Assembly (NCBI GenBank): GCA_963815455.1
Contig: CAWFGO010000003.1
Location: 192,001-256,000, forward strand
Source: an uncultured Verrucomicrobiae bacterium
Lineage (GTDB): Bacteria > Verrucomicrobiota > Verrucomicrobiia > Chthoniobacterales > UBA10450
Direction of reading: 5' to 3'
Length of the DNA: 64,000 bases
The notes under the pieces are model-generated. The model was given only the letters and a program-made list of their open reading frames with translations, searched no databases and was not told where the DNA came from. The translations under genes were made by a program, and so were the position numbers. Each line of letters starts with the position of its first letter. The stretch's first letter is position 1. Below, in pieces: positions 31,015 to 41,466 of the stretch.

Positions 31015-31100
31015 GGTGGATCGGCCGCTCCGCGGGCGATGTCGAGTAAATGCGCCTCCGGCGCCAAGATTAGCAACGCGCTCGGAGATCGCGTTCCACC
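31015..31100. repeat. GTGG-type REP doublet (same family as the RAYT flanks)
   Basis: ggtggatcggccgctccgcgggcgat...aacgcgctcggagatcgcgttccacc. Confidence 0.85.
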
Positions 31101-31117
31101 TCACCCTGCGAAAACCG

Positions 31118-32072
31118 TTAGGAACGCAACCTCGACCGCCAGCGCTTCCTGGATGTTGCGACCGAGATGATCGCGCAGCTCCTCGAGCCGGCGAATGCGC
31201 CGCAAGATTTCCGCCGTCCCGAAACGTTTGGCAACGGCCTCGGTCTCTTTCCGCGCCGCGCGAAATCATGCCGATCGACTCCGCTGGCCGCGCGAAGAAC
31301 GTCGGCCCACCACGCGACCAGGGTCTCGATCAGACCGGCCCGGCGCTGGAGGTAAAGACTTTCGGTTAGCGCTTTGTAATAATCTTCGCGTTCCTCGAGC
31401 CAGGCGCCATCGGTTGAATTCCGGTAGCGCGTTTCCTCGCCCTTGAGCGCTTCATCGGTCTCCGCCTTGATTTGCTCCCGAATCGCTCCGAGCAAACGCT
31501 GAAATTCCTGGGCCAGCCGATAGGCAAACTGAATGCTCCATGTTTGTTCGTTTGCCGATTCGCGTAGCAGCTCCACCAATTGCCCTTCTTCCGGCTTCGG
31601 TTTGTTTTCGCCATTCGCGTCCAGCGGAATTGATATGCAGCGGGAAAGAATTGTGTCCGGCAAAACTTCGGGCAATGCGCTCAGGAGAAGGAGCAGCGAA
31701 TCTTTGGGCGGTTCTTCCAGCGTCTTGAGGAAAGCGTTGGCGGCCTGCGGCTGCAACCGATCCGCCTCGGAAATGATGGCAACCTTTCGTCGGCCGTCCG
31801 ACGCGCGCATCTGCAGCGCATGCTCCAGCTGACGGACTTGCTCGATCACAATGCGCCGTGATTTCGATTCCGGTTCGGCGACAAAAATCTCGCGGGCGCG
31901 AGTCGAGAAAACGTCGTCCGGCTCGGTCCCATTCACCAGGTTCGCCAACTCCGCCGCAAGCTGCCGTTTTCCGCTGCCGGACGATCCGGAAATAAGATAG
32001 GCGTGGGCGAGCCGATTTTGTTCGTGGGCTCGTTGCGAAATATTCGAGAGCTGCTTTGCGCGAAAAAGACAT
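31118..32072 (-). CDS. holB: DNA polymerase III delta-prime subunit (frameshifted)
   Basis: RLAHAYL, I.IEQVRQL, EADRL..QAANAFLKTLEEPP, TILSRC; adjacent to tmk. Confidence 0.85.
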
Positions 32073-32738
32073 TCAGAGGTTCGATGTTTGATGTTTGATG
32101 TTCGATGTCAAAGATGGAAAGCCCGCGCCAAGCACATCCCAGATTTCGTTCTCGATTTTTTCGGGCGTTTGCGCGCCGTCGATGAGGACGATTCGTTTCG
32201 GTTCACGCTTCGCCAGGTCTCGATAGGCTTCGCGAACTCGTTCGTAAAACTCGGCTGGCTGCTGTTCCATTCGGTCGGGCCGGCGCGGTGCTTTCATCCG
32301 TGATCGAGCCGTCGCAGCATCGACATCGAGCACGAAAGTGATGTCCGGGAGACAATCGCCGACGGCGAACGCATTGAGTTGGGCGACAATTTGTCGATCC
32401 AATTTGCGCGCCGCGCCCTGATAAACAGTGGTTGAATCAAAAAAACGATCGGCGATTACACAAACGCCGCGCTCGAGCGCCGGCTTGATGATTTCCCGAA
32501 CGAGCTGACTCCGGCTCGCCTCGAACAAGAGCAGCTCGGTTGCCGGCGTCATGCTCGCATTGTGCGGCGCGAACTGGAGAAGGTCGCGAATCGTTTCACC
32601 AATCGGCGTGCCGCCCGGTTCGCGGGTTACCAGAAATGGAACTCCCGATTTCTCGAGCCGCTCTGCCAACAGCTTCACCTGGGTCGATTTTCCGCAACCC
32701 TCCGATCCTTCGAACGTGATGAATGGCAGACGCGGCAT
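32073..32738 (-). CDS. tmk: thymidylate kinase
   Basis: FITFEGSEGCGKSTQ, REPGG, DRFFDSTTVYQG. Confidence 0.95.
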   Translation of the reverse strand: MPRLPFITFEGSEGCGKSTQVKLLAERLEKSGVPFLVTREPGGTPIGETIRDLLQFAPHNASMTPATELLLFEASRSQLVREIIKPALERGVCVIADRFFDSTTVYQGAARKLDRQIVAQLNAFAVGDCLPDITFVLDVDAATARSRMKAPRRPDRMEQQPAEFYERVREAYRDLAKREPKRIVLIDGAQTPEKIENEIWDVLGAGFPSLTSNIKHQTSNL

Positions 32739-32829
32739 GATGTCGATCTTCAAACAAAGCGGGGAGATTGCAAGGAAGTGCGGTACAGGTGCCGATAGCG
32801 CGACGAACGAAAGCCCGCATATCATGCCT

Positions 32830-32958
32830 GTCATCCTGAGCAAAGCGAAGGAACCCGCGAGTAGGGATAACATTCTTGAGCAGTCGTGCGACCATGCTTT
32901 CAGGGTAGCTCGATCGGTGAAATGCGACCGTGAGGTCCCTCGCTACGCTCGGGATGAC
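32830..32958. repeat. GTCATCCTGAG-family palindromic element
   Basis: gtcatcctgagcaaagcgaagga...tccctcgctacgctcgggatgac. Confidence 0.85.
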
Positions 32959-32987
32959 AGAGATTGATGCGCGCATATGGCCCCCAC

Positions 32988-33043
32988 TTGGTTATTGATG
33001 ATTAGTTATTCCCTGGGTATTGGAGTTTGGGATTTGGAAACTT
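32988..33043 (+). repeat. degenerate heptamer tandem repeat
   Basis: ttggtta ttgatga ttagtta ttccc tgggta ttggagt ttgggat ttggaaa. Confidence 0.6.
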
Positions 33044-33484
33044 ATGAAATCATTCTGGCTGGTGAAACAGGAACCGGGCGCTTACTCGTGGGCGGATTTT
33101 GTGGCTGACGGCAAGACAGCCTGGACCGGTGTGCGTAATTACACGGCGCGAAACAATCTGCGCAAGATGGAAAAAGGCGACGAAGTCTTCTTTTATCACA
33201 GCGGCGGTCCGAGCCGGACTGGCAGTAGTGTCGAAGCAACCAAAGCGATCGTCGGCATCGCGAAGGTTGTGAAAACGGCTTACGCCGATCCAACCGCGAA
33301 GGAAGGCGATTGGAGCGCTGTCGATCTTGCGCCCGTCGAAGCGCTGCGCCGGCCGGTCACGTTGGGTGAGATCAAGGGCAACGCGCGACTCAAGAACATG
33401 CCGCTCATTCGGCAATCCCGGTTGTCCGTGATGCCGGTGAGCGCCGACGAATTTCGAACGATCGTGAAGATGGGGTCAGCGTAG
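33044..33484 (+). CDS. EVE domain protein (with an in-frame insert at about 33206-33223)
   Basis: WLVKQEP..YSW, W.GVRNY.ARN, FFYHS, RQSRLSVMPV. Confidence 0.9.
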   Translation: MKSFWLVKQEPGAYSWADFVADGKTAWTGVRNYTARNNLRKMEKGDEVFFYHSGGPSRTGSSVEATKAIVGIAKVVKTAYADPTAKEGDWSAVDLAPVEALRRPVTLGEIKGNARLKNMPLIRQSRLSVMPVSADEFRTIVKMGSA

Positions 33485-33568
33485 GTGGATCGGCCTCTCC
33501 GAGGGCGATGTTAAACGAATGCGCCTTCGGCGCCCAATTACCAACGCGCTCGGAGATCGCGTTCCACC
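33484..33568. repeat. GTGG-type REP doublet, left flank of RAYT
   Basis: ggtggatcggcctctccgagggcgat...aacgcgctcggagatcgcgttccacc. Confidence 0.88.
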
Positions 33569-33621
33569 ACAGATGATCGGCGTCCCCCGCATTACTTGAC
33601 AGCAAGTGGTAACATCGGCCG

Positions 33622-34107
33622 GTGAAAAGCTATCGCGGTTTTCCAGAGCGCTTGCATCACGAAGTGCCCCCATGGATCGAGCCGGAAGCGCTGTTTCACA
33701 TTCGGATCGCGCTGGATCGACAACTGAATCAGCGTGAATTGAGTGACCCGATTCTAGGCCAGGCAATTCTTGATTCTGCCCGATTCTATGAGCGGACCCA
33801 GCACTGGCACCGCGCGCTGCTCGTCTTGATGCCCGATCATTTGCACGCACTGGTAGCATTCGCCCGCGAGAAATCGATGAGCGAGATCATTAGTCATTGG
33901 AAACGCTTTCACACTCGGAGGAATCGGGTCGAATGGCAGGAAGGATATTTCGATCATCGTTTGCGGGCTGATGAGCATGGCCAGCAGTTCGCGGCAAAGG
34001 TCAATTACATCCGGCGAAATCCGGTTATCGCTGGACTGTGCGAACGGGTCGAAGGATCTGGCCCTGGATTATCGATAAGTCTCAAGAAACCGAGTGATGC
34101 AGGCTAA
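33622..34107 (+). CDS. REP-associated tyrosine transposase (RAYT/TnpA-REP, HUH Y1 family); C-terminus probably frameshifted
   Basis: MPDHLH (HUH), WK, WQEGYFDHRLR, YIRRNPVIAGL; REP doublets on both sides. Confidence 0.88.
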   Translation: MKSYRGFPERLHHEVPPWIEPEALFHIRIALDRQLNQRELSDPILGQAILDSARFYERTQHWHRALLVLMPDHLHALVAFAREKSMSEIISHWKRFHTRRNRVEWQEGYFDHRLRADEHGQQFAAKVNYIRRNPVIAGLCERVEGSGPGLSISLKKPSDAG

Positions 34108-34205
34108 GATCGGCCTCTGCAATATGCCAGTCCGGCTCGGACCGATGTTAAACAAATGCGCCTTCGGCGCCAAATTGCCAACGCGCTCGGAGATCGCGTT
34201 CCACC
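34108..34205. repeat. GTGG-type REP doublet, right flank of RAYT, left arm disrupted by an insert
   Basis: direct-orientation copy of 33484-33568 with extra gccagtccggctcggacc. Confidence 0.85.
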
Positions 34206-34270
34206 ACTCCGCTGATGGCGGAGCGCAGGCTTGCGACGGTCATCGACTCGCCGCTACAAAGGAGGGCACA

Positions 34271-35097
34271 ATGGAATCGGCAGCAGCAATGGAATTCTTG
34301 CCGGGGGTGGCAGCGCAGCCAGCGTCCCCCGCGATATCTTGGTCGTTTCGCTGCACGACGTCGCTCCTTCCAGTCGCGAGCCCGTGGCGGAAAAAATGAT
34401 AGCCGATCTGTCCCGGCTTGCGGTGTGCGGCTCTGTTCGCTGCTGGTCGTGCCGGATTATCATCATCAAGGTCTCGTCCACGAAGGATCGACAATTCGTT
34501 TCCTGGCTGCGCGAACTGGAAGCGCGCCGGACATGAAATCGTCATTCATGGATATTTTCACGAGCGCCAGCGCCGCGAAAACGAAACGGTGCGTGACAAA
34601 TTTCTTACCCGGATCTACACCGAGGACGAAGGCGAGTTTTACGATCTCGATTACGACGAAGCCTTTCGACGAATCACCGTGCGCGCGAAATGAATTTCGC
34701 GAGAGCGGTTTGAAGCCGATGGATTCGTCGCGCCGGCCTGGCTGCTGGGCGCCGAAGGCCGAACGCGCCGCGCGCGACGCTGAAATGGAATACACAACCC
34801 GGCTGCGCACGATGCGCGATCTGCGTTCAGGCGAAAGTTTTCGCGCCCGATCGATTGTTTACAGCGTCCGGAACAATTGGCGACGCGCCAGGTCAGCCGC
34901 GGCCTGGAACGCCGACGCTGTCCCGGCTGTTGAAGAACAATCCGCTCTTGCGCATAAGCGTTCATCCGCCCGATTATTCGCATCCGGCCATTTGGGGACA
35001 GATTGTCGATCTTGTCACCGAGCAAGCAGGCGAATCGCGAATGGCCACGACCTATCAGGACTGGGTCAGCCGAACAGAGACTGCGGCGACGACTTAA
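34271..35097 (+). CDS. DUF2334/polysaccharide deacetylase family protein (multiple frameshifts; start approximate)
   Basis: VVSLHDVAP, LLVVPDYHH, HEIVIHGYFH, EGEFY, F.APAWL, LRISVHPPD. Confidence 0.75.
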
Positions 35098-35101
35098 GCC
35101 C

Positions 35102-37510
35102 ATGAGTAAGTGCGACCTGCATATTCACTCGCGCTACAGCGCGCGGTCGGAGGAATGGCTTTTCCGGCGGTTCGATTTCCCCGATAGCTACTCGGATCCG
35201 CGGAGCTGCATCGGCAATTGATCGAGCGCGGGATGGATTACGTCACGATCACCGACCACGACACGATCGAGGGCTGTCTCCAAATCGCGGATCTGCCTAA
35301 TACGTTCATTAGTGAGCAGGTTACGACGTATTTCCCGCAGGATCCGTGCAAGATTCATCTCCTGGTCTGGGGGATCACCGAGGCTCAGCACGCCGATATC
35401 GTGATTGTCCGCGACAACATTTTCGCTCTCCAACGCTACCTCCAGGCGGGCCAAATCGCCCACGCCGTGGCCCACCCGCTTTACAGCATCAACGGCAAGC
35501 TGGACGCATCGCATCTCGAACGGCTGATTCTGCTCTTCAAGCATTTCGAAGGAATCAACGGGCTGCGCGACGCCCTCCTGAGCGAGCTTGCCCAGAAGCT
35601 TTTCGGTTCGCTTACGCCGGAGAAGATCGACAAGGTTCGCCGACGAAACATGATCTCGCTCCGACCCACCCCGAGCCGTGGAAGAAGATCTTCGTCGGCG
35701 GCTCCGACGATCACGGCGGCAAGTTCATCGCTTCAGCGTTCACCGAAACGCCGGCTGCCGATTCGGCGCGGAAATTTCCTCGAACACGTTCGCGCCGGCA
35801 ATTGCACAGCGCGCGGCAAGGGCGGAACTCCCCTCGCCCTTTCCCACGGCTTTTACAACACGCTTGCTTGTTTCATTCAGGACCGGTTCCACGAAAAACT
35901 GGGACCGAGCGCCGGCTCTGGTCGAGCAAATGTTCTCGCGGTTCATGGAAGGGCGCGACCCGACCGAGTTTACGCTGGCGGAAAAAGCAAACTTCATCGC
36001 CCAAGGCGTTCTCTCGGGAAAAATCTTCGAACTGGCCAAGCCGGCAAATGTTTCGCTTTGGAAAGAGCTTTCCGGTTATTTCGCGCGTCCCGAAGTAAAA
36101 GCGAAGCTGGCCGAGCGATTGGACGCCGTGAGCGAGCCGGAGCGGCGCACGTTTCTCATGGCGAACATGGTGGCCGAGCAGCTCGCGTTTCGATTTTTCC
36201 AGAAATTCGTTCAGCAACTCAGCAGCGGCAACATGTCGAAGGCATGCAAGCGCTCAGCGCGATCGCGCCGATCCTGGTGATCCTTGACGCCTTACATTTA
36301 CGGATTTCACAGCCAGGCGCCGTCGCGGAAATGGCTGCGCGGAATTTTCAAGGAACTGACCGGCGAAATTCCGGCCGCGCTGCAAAATCAAAAGCGGGCC
36401 TGGTTCACCGACACGCTCGACGACGTCAACGGGGTCGCGACAACCATTCGCAAAATGGCCGCTGCCGGCGCGGCCGCGGGAAAGGAATTGATCGTGGTCG
36501 TCTCGCGCAACGAATTGCAAACGGACAACATTCCGATCAAGAATTTCAAACCGATCGGCGAATTCGAGCTGCCGGAATACGAACTGCAAAAGCTCAGTTT
36601 CCCGCCGATCCTCCAAATCCTCGATTACATCCAGCGGGAAAAGTTCACCGAGATCATCATCAGCACGCCCGGGCCGGTCGGGCTTGACCGCGCTGCTCGC
36701 GGCCAAAATGCTCAATCTGCAAACCAGCGGCATTTATCACACCGATTTCCCGCAATACATTCGCATTCTGACCGAGGACAGTTTTCTGGAAAGCGTGGCC
36801 TGGCGTTACATGCACTGGTTCTACGGCCAGCTCGATACCGTCTTCGTAAACTCGGAGGAATATCGCCAAAGCTGGATCAAACGCGGCCTCGATCCGGAAA
36901 AGTTGAAATTTTCCCGCGCGGCCTCGACACCGAACTTTTCCATCCGGCCCGACGCGATCCGGCGTTTTTCGAAAAATTCGGCGCGCAGAACGGCGAGGTC
37001 CGCCTGCTCTACGTCGGCCGCGTTTCGCGTGAGAAAGATCTCGATCTTCTAGCCACCGCTTATCCGACGTCTGCGCGACGAAGGATTGCCGATCGCAACT
37101 TTTTATCGTTGGTCACGGCCCCTATTCGGAGGAACTGGCCAAATCGTTGCCGGAAGCGTTTTTCACCGGCTATCTCACCGGAAAGGATCTGGCCGCGGCC
37201 TACGCTTCGGCCGACATTTTTGTTTTCCCGAGCACGACCGACACTTTTGGCAACGTGATCATCGAAGCGCAGGCCTCGGGGATGCCAGTGATCGTTTCCG
37301 ATGCCGGCGGCCCAAAAGAACTGGTGCATGACAACGAGAACGGCCTCATCACCAAATCGCACGATGCCGACGATCTCGCGCGCGCGATTCGATGCGCTGG
37401 TTGTCGATCCCGCATTGCGCCAGCGAATGGCCAATCGCGCCCGGGAAAGCGTCATCGATCGCACCTGGCCGGCCGCGTTCCGCAAATTTTGGTCGATCAC
37501 CGAAGTTTAG
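35102..37510 (+). CDS. PHP-domain + GT4 glycosyltransferase fusion (multiple frameshifts)
   Basis: DLHIHS, TITDHD, AHP, GGSDDHG; then FTDT..VNGVA, YHTDFPQY, YVGRVS.EK, FVFPSTTDTFGNVIIEAQASG. Confidence 0.82.
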
Positions 37511-37511
37511 A

Positions 37512-38453
37512 TCAACCCTGCATCGGCGGAGGAATCGGCGGTGGCTGAGACACTGGCTCCGCCTGCGGTATTGCCTGCCACACGTCGTAGTCCGGACCGA
37601 ACTGCCGGAAAAAGCATAATCCAAATGCGCGCAAGCAAACACAGATCGGCAATAGAATGACTGTGCCGACGTACGGGATTGCAGCCAGACAACACGTGAT
37701 GCAAGTCGCGATTGCGCCGATCACGGTCATGGCCAGAAGCAAAACAAACGCGAACAGGCAAAACAGAACAAATACGCCCACGTTGCTGCTGACCAGGCGC
37801 AGCACCTGGCGAAACGCTTCGACCGCGAGACACTTTTGCCGGTACATCACGAACGGCATGAAATACGTCACCAGACTGATGCCGATTGCCAGGGCAATCC
37901 AAAACAGGAAAAGAAAAATCAAGAGAGCGATCAGTCCAGGTCCAATCGATTCGGCATGTCCATGAGACAGCAAGCCCAAGGCTGCGGCGACGGCGCAAAG
38001 CAATCCAAATAGGAAAATCGAGCAGAACATCAACGCCAGCTGGAAGAGGAAATAGCTGTTTCCTTCCTTGCGATACTCACGCCATGGCGCGGCGATCGCG
38101 CCGCGATTTCGAACTATGCAGTCCGTGAAAATAAAATTCCCGCGCGCCTTTACCCAGGTCAGCACCAAAACCAACGCCAAAACCACAACCACGAATACCG
38201 GGATGATGATTGGCAGCCACGGCTTCCACTGGTCGAAATTCGGCGGACTGATGCTCTGGCTGGTCGCAGTACGTCCGCCCCAGTTAGAAGGAAACCCGAC
38301 TCCGCCACCGCCGAAATGCCCGGCTAGAAAAGCGGCAAACCCGATGACGAACCATTTCTTAATGTCGAAGGGCTGAAAAAGAATTTTCTTCATCAGCTCA
38401 AAGGCTTCGCCAAAGGGGCGGAAGATTTCGATTTTCGATTCGGTTCCGTTCAT
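37512..38453 (-). CDS. multi-pass membrane protein
   Basis: several hydrophobic helices; LF.PFD..KW..IGF.AFLA, TCC, Pro-rich tail. Confidence 0.75.
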   Translation of the reverse strand: MNGTESKIEIFRPFGEAFELMKKILFQPFDIKKWFVIGFAAFLAGHFGGGGVGFPSNWGGRTATSQSISPPNFDQWKPWLPIIIPVFVVVVLALVLVLTWVKARGNFIFTDCIVRNRGAIAAPWREYRKEGNSYFLFQLALMFCSIFLFGLLCAVAAALGLLSHGHAESIGPGLIALLIFLFLFWIALAIGISLVTYFMPFVMYRQKCLAVEAFRQVLRLVSSNVGVFVLFCLFAFVLLLAMTVIGAIATCITCCLAAIPYVGTVILLPICVCLRAFGLCFFRQFGPDYDVWQAIPQAEPVSQPPPIPPPMQG

Positions 38454-38499
38454 GTGCGCATTTCACTGCTTCCGCATACGCCAATCAAGCACGCAATGT

Positions 38500-38559
38500 T
38501 GTAGCCGCCCCGCTCTATCGGGGCGCCTAAAGGCACGGCGGCAGAGCGCCGTGGCTACA
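38500..38559. repeat. GTAG-type REP doublet
   Basis: tgtagccgccccg..cggggcg...cacggcg..cgccgtggctaca. Confidence 0.75.
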
Positions 38560-38565
38560 TCGATC

Positions 38566-39204
38566 CTAACCGGTGCCGAAATAGCGGTCGCCCGCGTCGC
38601 CCAGGCCGGGAACAATATAGCCGGATTTATCCAGTTCGGGATCGACGGCGGCGGTAAAGATCGCCACGTCCGGATGCGACGATTGCAGTTGGTCGATGCC
38701 CGGCTGACACGCAACCAGACAAATAAACTGAATCCATTTCGCGCCCTTTGCTTTCAACGCCGTGACTGCTTCGCAAGCGCTGTTGCCGGTTGCCAGCATG
38801 GGATCGAGCAGAACGACCTGCGCTTCGCTCAAGTTGGCCGGCAATCGGCAGAAATACGTCACAGGGCGCAGCGTTTTCTCATCACGATAAATGCCGATGT
38901 GTCCAACGTTCGCCTCCGGAACAATGCGCATCATTCCTTCGAGCATGCCAAGACCGGCCCGCAAAATCGGCACCAGAGCGATTGGTCTCGATAGAAAGTA
39001 ACCCGCGCATTTTTTCAGCGGCGTTTCAATTTCGATCGGCGACACTGACCAGGTGCGGGAAGCTTCGCCCAGCAACAAGATCGAGATCTCCTGCACGTTC
39101 TGGCGGAATTGTTCCGGCGTGGTCGCCTTGGCCCGCAAGATCGACAGCTTCGCTGCGCCGACCGGATGGTCGATCACGCTTACTGCTCCGTTATTTCGCT
39201 CCAT
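38566..39204 (-). CDS. upp: uracil phosphoribosyltransferase
   Basis: PILRAGLGM, GHIG.YRDE.TL, LDPMLATG.S, GYIVPGLGDAGDR. Confidence 0.95.
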   Translation of the reverse strand: MERNNGAVSVIDHPVGAAKLSILRAKATTPEQFRQNVQEISILLLGEASRTWSVSPIEIETPLKKCAGYFLSRPIALVPILRAGLGMLEGMMRIVPEANVGHIGIYRDEKTLRPVTYFCRLPANLSEAQVVLLDPMLATGNSACEAVTALKAKGAKWIQFICLVACQPGIDQLQSSHPDVAIFTAAVDPELDKSGYIVPGLGDAGDRYFGTG

Positions 39205-39319
39205 ATTGTAGCCGAGGGTACTGACGCCGGCCGAACCCGATTTAGCAGAACGAAGAAACAGAGCACAGACAAAATGCCCGGGGCTTAGCGAGCGCCGGTT
39301 AGAAACGCACAAGTCCACT

Positions 39320-39475
39320 GTCATTCTGAGCCAAGCAGAGCGGAGTCGCCTGCCACGCCGAAGCCTTTGGCGAAGGCGGGAAGAATCCCGTGGTAGAACT
39401 CCTAGGTAACGTGACGGGATCCCTCCCGCCTTCGCATTGAGCTACGGCGCGGCAGGCGACTTCGCTCGGGATAAC
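39320..39475. repeat. GTCATTCTGAG-family element with two nested 32 bp units
   Basis: inserts at 39349-39380 and 39425-39456 in opposite orientation. Confidence 0.8.
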
Positions 39476-39523
39476 CGGTGGATAGTTGTCTAGTCAACAT
39501 CCATCGCCATGTTGAGGAATCAC

Positions 39524-41454
39524 GTGAACAACCTGGCGAAACGCAAATATCCCATCGGAGCCGAATTGATCGGGCCGGGCGAAACGCATTTTCGCGTTTG
39601 GGCGCCAAAGGCGGAACGGGTCGATCTTGTTTTGGAAGCAAGTGCATCCAAGGAAGCGAAGCGCACGTTTCATCCGTTGCAGCCTGAGCAAGGCGGATAT
39701 TTTTCCGGCTCAGCCAATGTTGTCGCCGGCGGCGGCTATAGGTTTCGCGTTGACGACGCGAAACATTATTCATCCCGATCCCGCGTCTCGCTTTCAGCCT
39801 GATGGGCCGCACGGTTCGTCGTGCGTTGTTGATCCCGCGCATTTCCAATGGACCGATGCAAAATGGCATGGCCTAAAACTTAAGGGCCAGGTCATCTACG
39901 AAATGCACGTCGGCACATTCACAACGGAAGGCACATGGCGGGCCGCTGCGGAACAGCTACCAGAGCTGGCTCGCATCGGGATCACCGTGATTGAAATGAT
40001 GCCGATCGCGGATTTCCCGGGAAATTTCGGCTGGGGTTATGACGGGGTCGATCTTTTCGCGCCGACGCGGTTGTATGGAAGGCCCGAACGATTTGCGGGC
40101 CTTTATCGACCGGGCGCACGCGCTGAATCTCAGGTGTGATTCTTGATGTCGTGTACAACCACTTCGGCCCAGACGGAAACTATCTACATGTCTACTCCGA
40201 CAATTATCTGCGGCATGGAAAGACAACCGATTGGGGCGACTCCATCAACTTCGACGGCCCGAACTCGGGACCAGTGCGAGAATTTTTTATCACCAACGGG
40301 CGTTACTGGATTGAGGAGTTTCATTTTGATGGATTTCGCTTTGATGCCACGGAAAGCATTCATGACGACTCGGAAGAGCACATCCTCGCGACTGTTGCCC
40401 AGACCGCGCGTAGTGCAGCGGGCGACCGTTCGATCATTCTGGTGGCCGAAAACGAACGGCAGGACATCAAATTGATCCGGCCGCGGAGCGAAGGTGGCTA
40501 CGATCTGGATGGCGTCTGGAATGATGATTTTCATCACAGCGCGAGCGTCGCGCTGGTGGGTCAGCGCGGAGCGTATTATACAGATTACCTCGGTGCGCCG
40601 CAGGAATTTATTTCCGCGGCCAAGCACGGTTATCTTTTTCAAGGACAAGCGTATTCCTGGCAGGAAGCGCCCCGCGGGAGCCTGGCTTTTGGCGCGCCGC
40701 CGGAAGCGTTCATCGCCTTTATCGAAAATCACGATCAAGTTTCCAATGCCGCCGGGGGCCAACGCATCCGATTAGAAACTTCTCCCGGCCGTTATCGCGC
40801 CATGAGTGCTTTGCTCCTGCTCGGTCCGTGGACGCCGCTTCTCTTTCAAGGCCAGGAATTCGGATCCTCGAAGCCGTTCCTTTTTTTCAGCGACGTCGGC
40901 GATGAGAGCATTCGGGAAGCGATTCGCAAAGGCCGTTTCGCATTTCCTGGCCCAATTTCCTTCGCTGGCAACCCCGGACGCGCAAAAACAACTGCCGCGA
41001 CCTTCAGATCCGGCTACCTTTGCCCGGTGCAAGCTGGATGTTTCGGAGCGCGCTAAAAACAAACCAGATCTACGATCTCCATGTCGACCTGATAAAATTA
41101 CGCCACGAGGACGCGCGTTTTCGCGAACAAATCGTCGGTGGCGTGGATGGCGCTGTGTTGGGGGCAAGGAGCTTTGTGTTTCGCTATTTTTCGGATGGAA
41201 ATGACGATCGTTTGTTGCTTGTTAATCTAGGCAAGCCTCAATTGCTCAAGCCCATGCCGGAACCACTTCTTGCCGCCCCGCCTGGGTTTGAATGGGCCAC
41301 GCTTTGGTCGAGTGATTCCGAGCAGTATGGCGGACCAGGAGAGAACCAGGTCGCAAACCAAAATGACAGTTGGGTGTTGCCCGGCGAAGCGACCGTCGCG
41401 CTGAGACTTGTTCCGCGAGAAAACTCCGCGCCGGCCGCCAAAGTGGCGCGATAG
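39524..41454 (+). CDS. treZ: malto-oligosyltrehalose trehalohydrolase (GH13; frameshifted)
   Basis: FRVWAP, PDPASRFQPDGPHG, YEMHVGTFT.EGT, WGYDGV, LDVVYNHFGP, DGFRFDA, NHDQV. Confidence 0.88.
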
Positions 41455-41466
41455 AACATCCGGATC

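Noticed and set aside
34050..34107. Unusual RAYT C-terminal extension
   Set aside because: A WPW-like motif appears in an adjacent frame (tggccctgg), so this is probably an indel error
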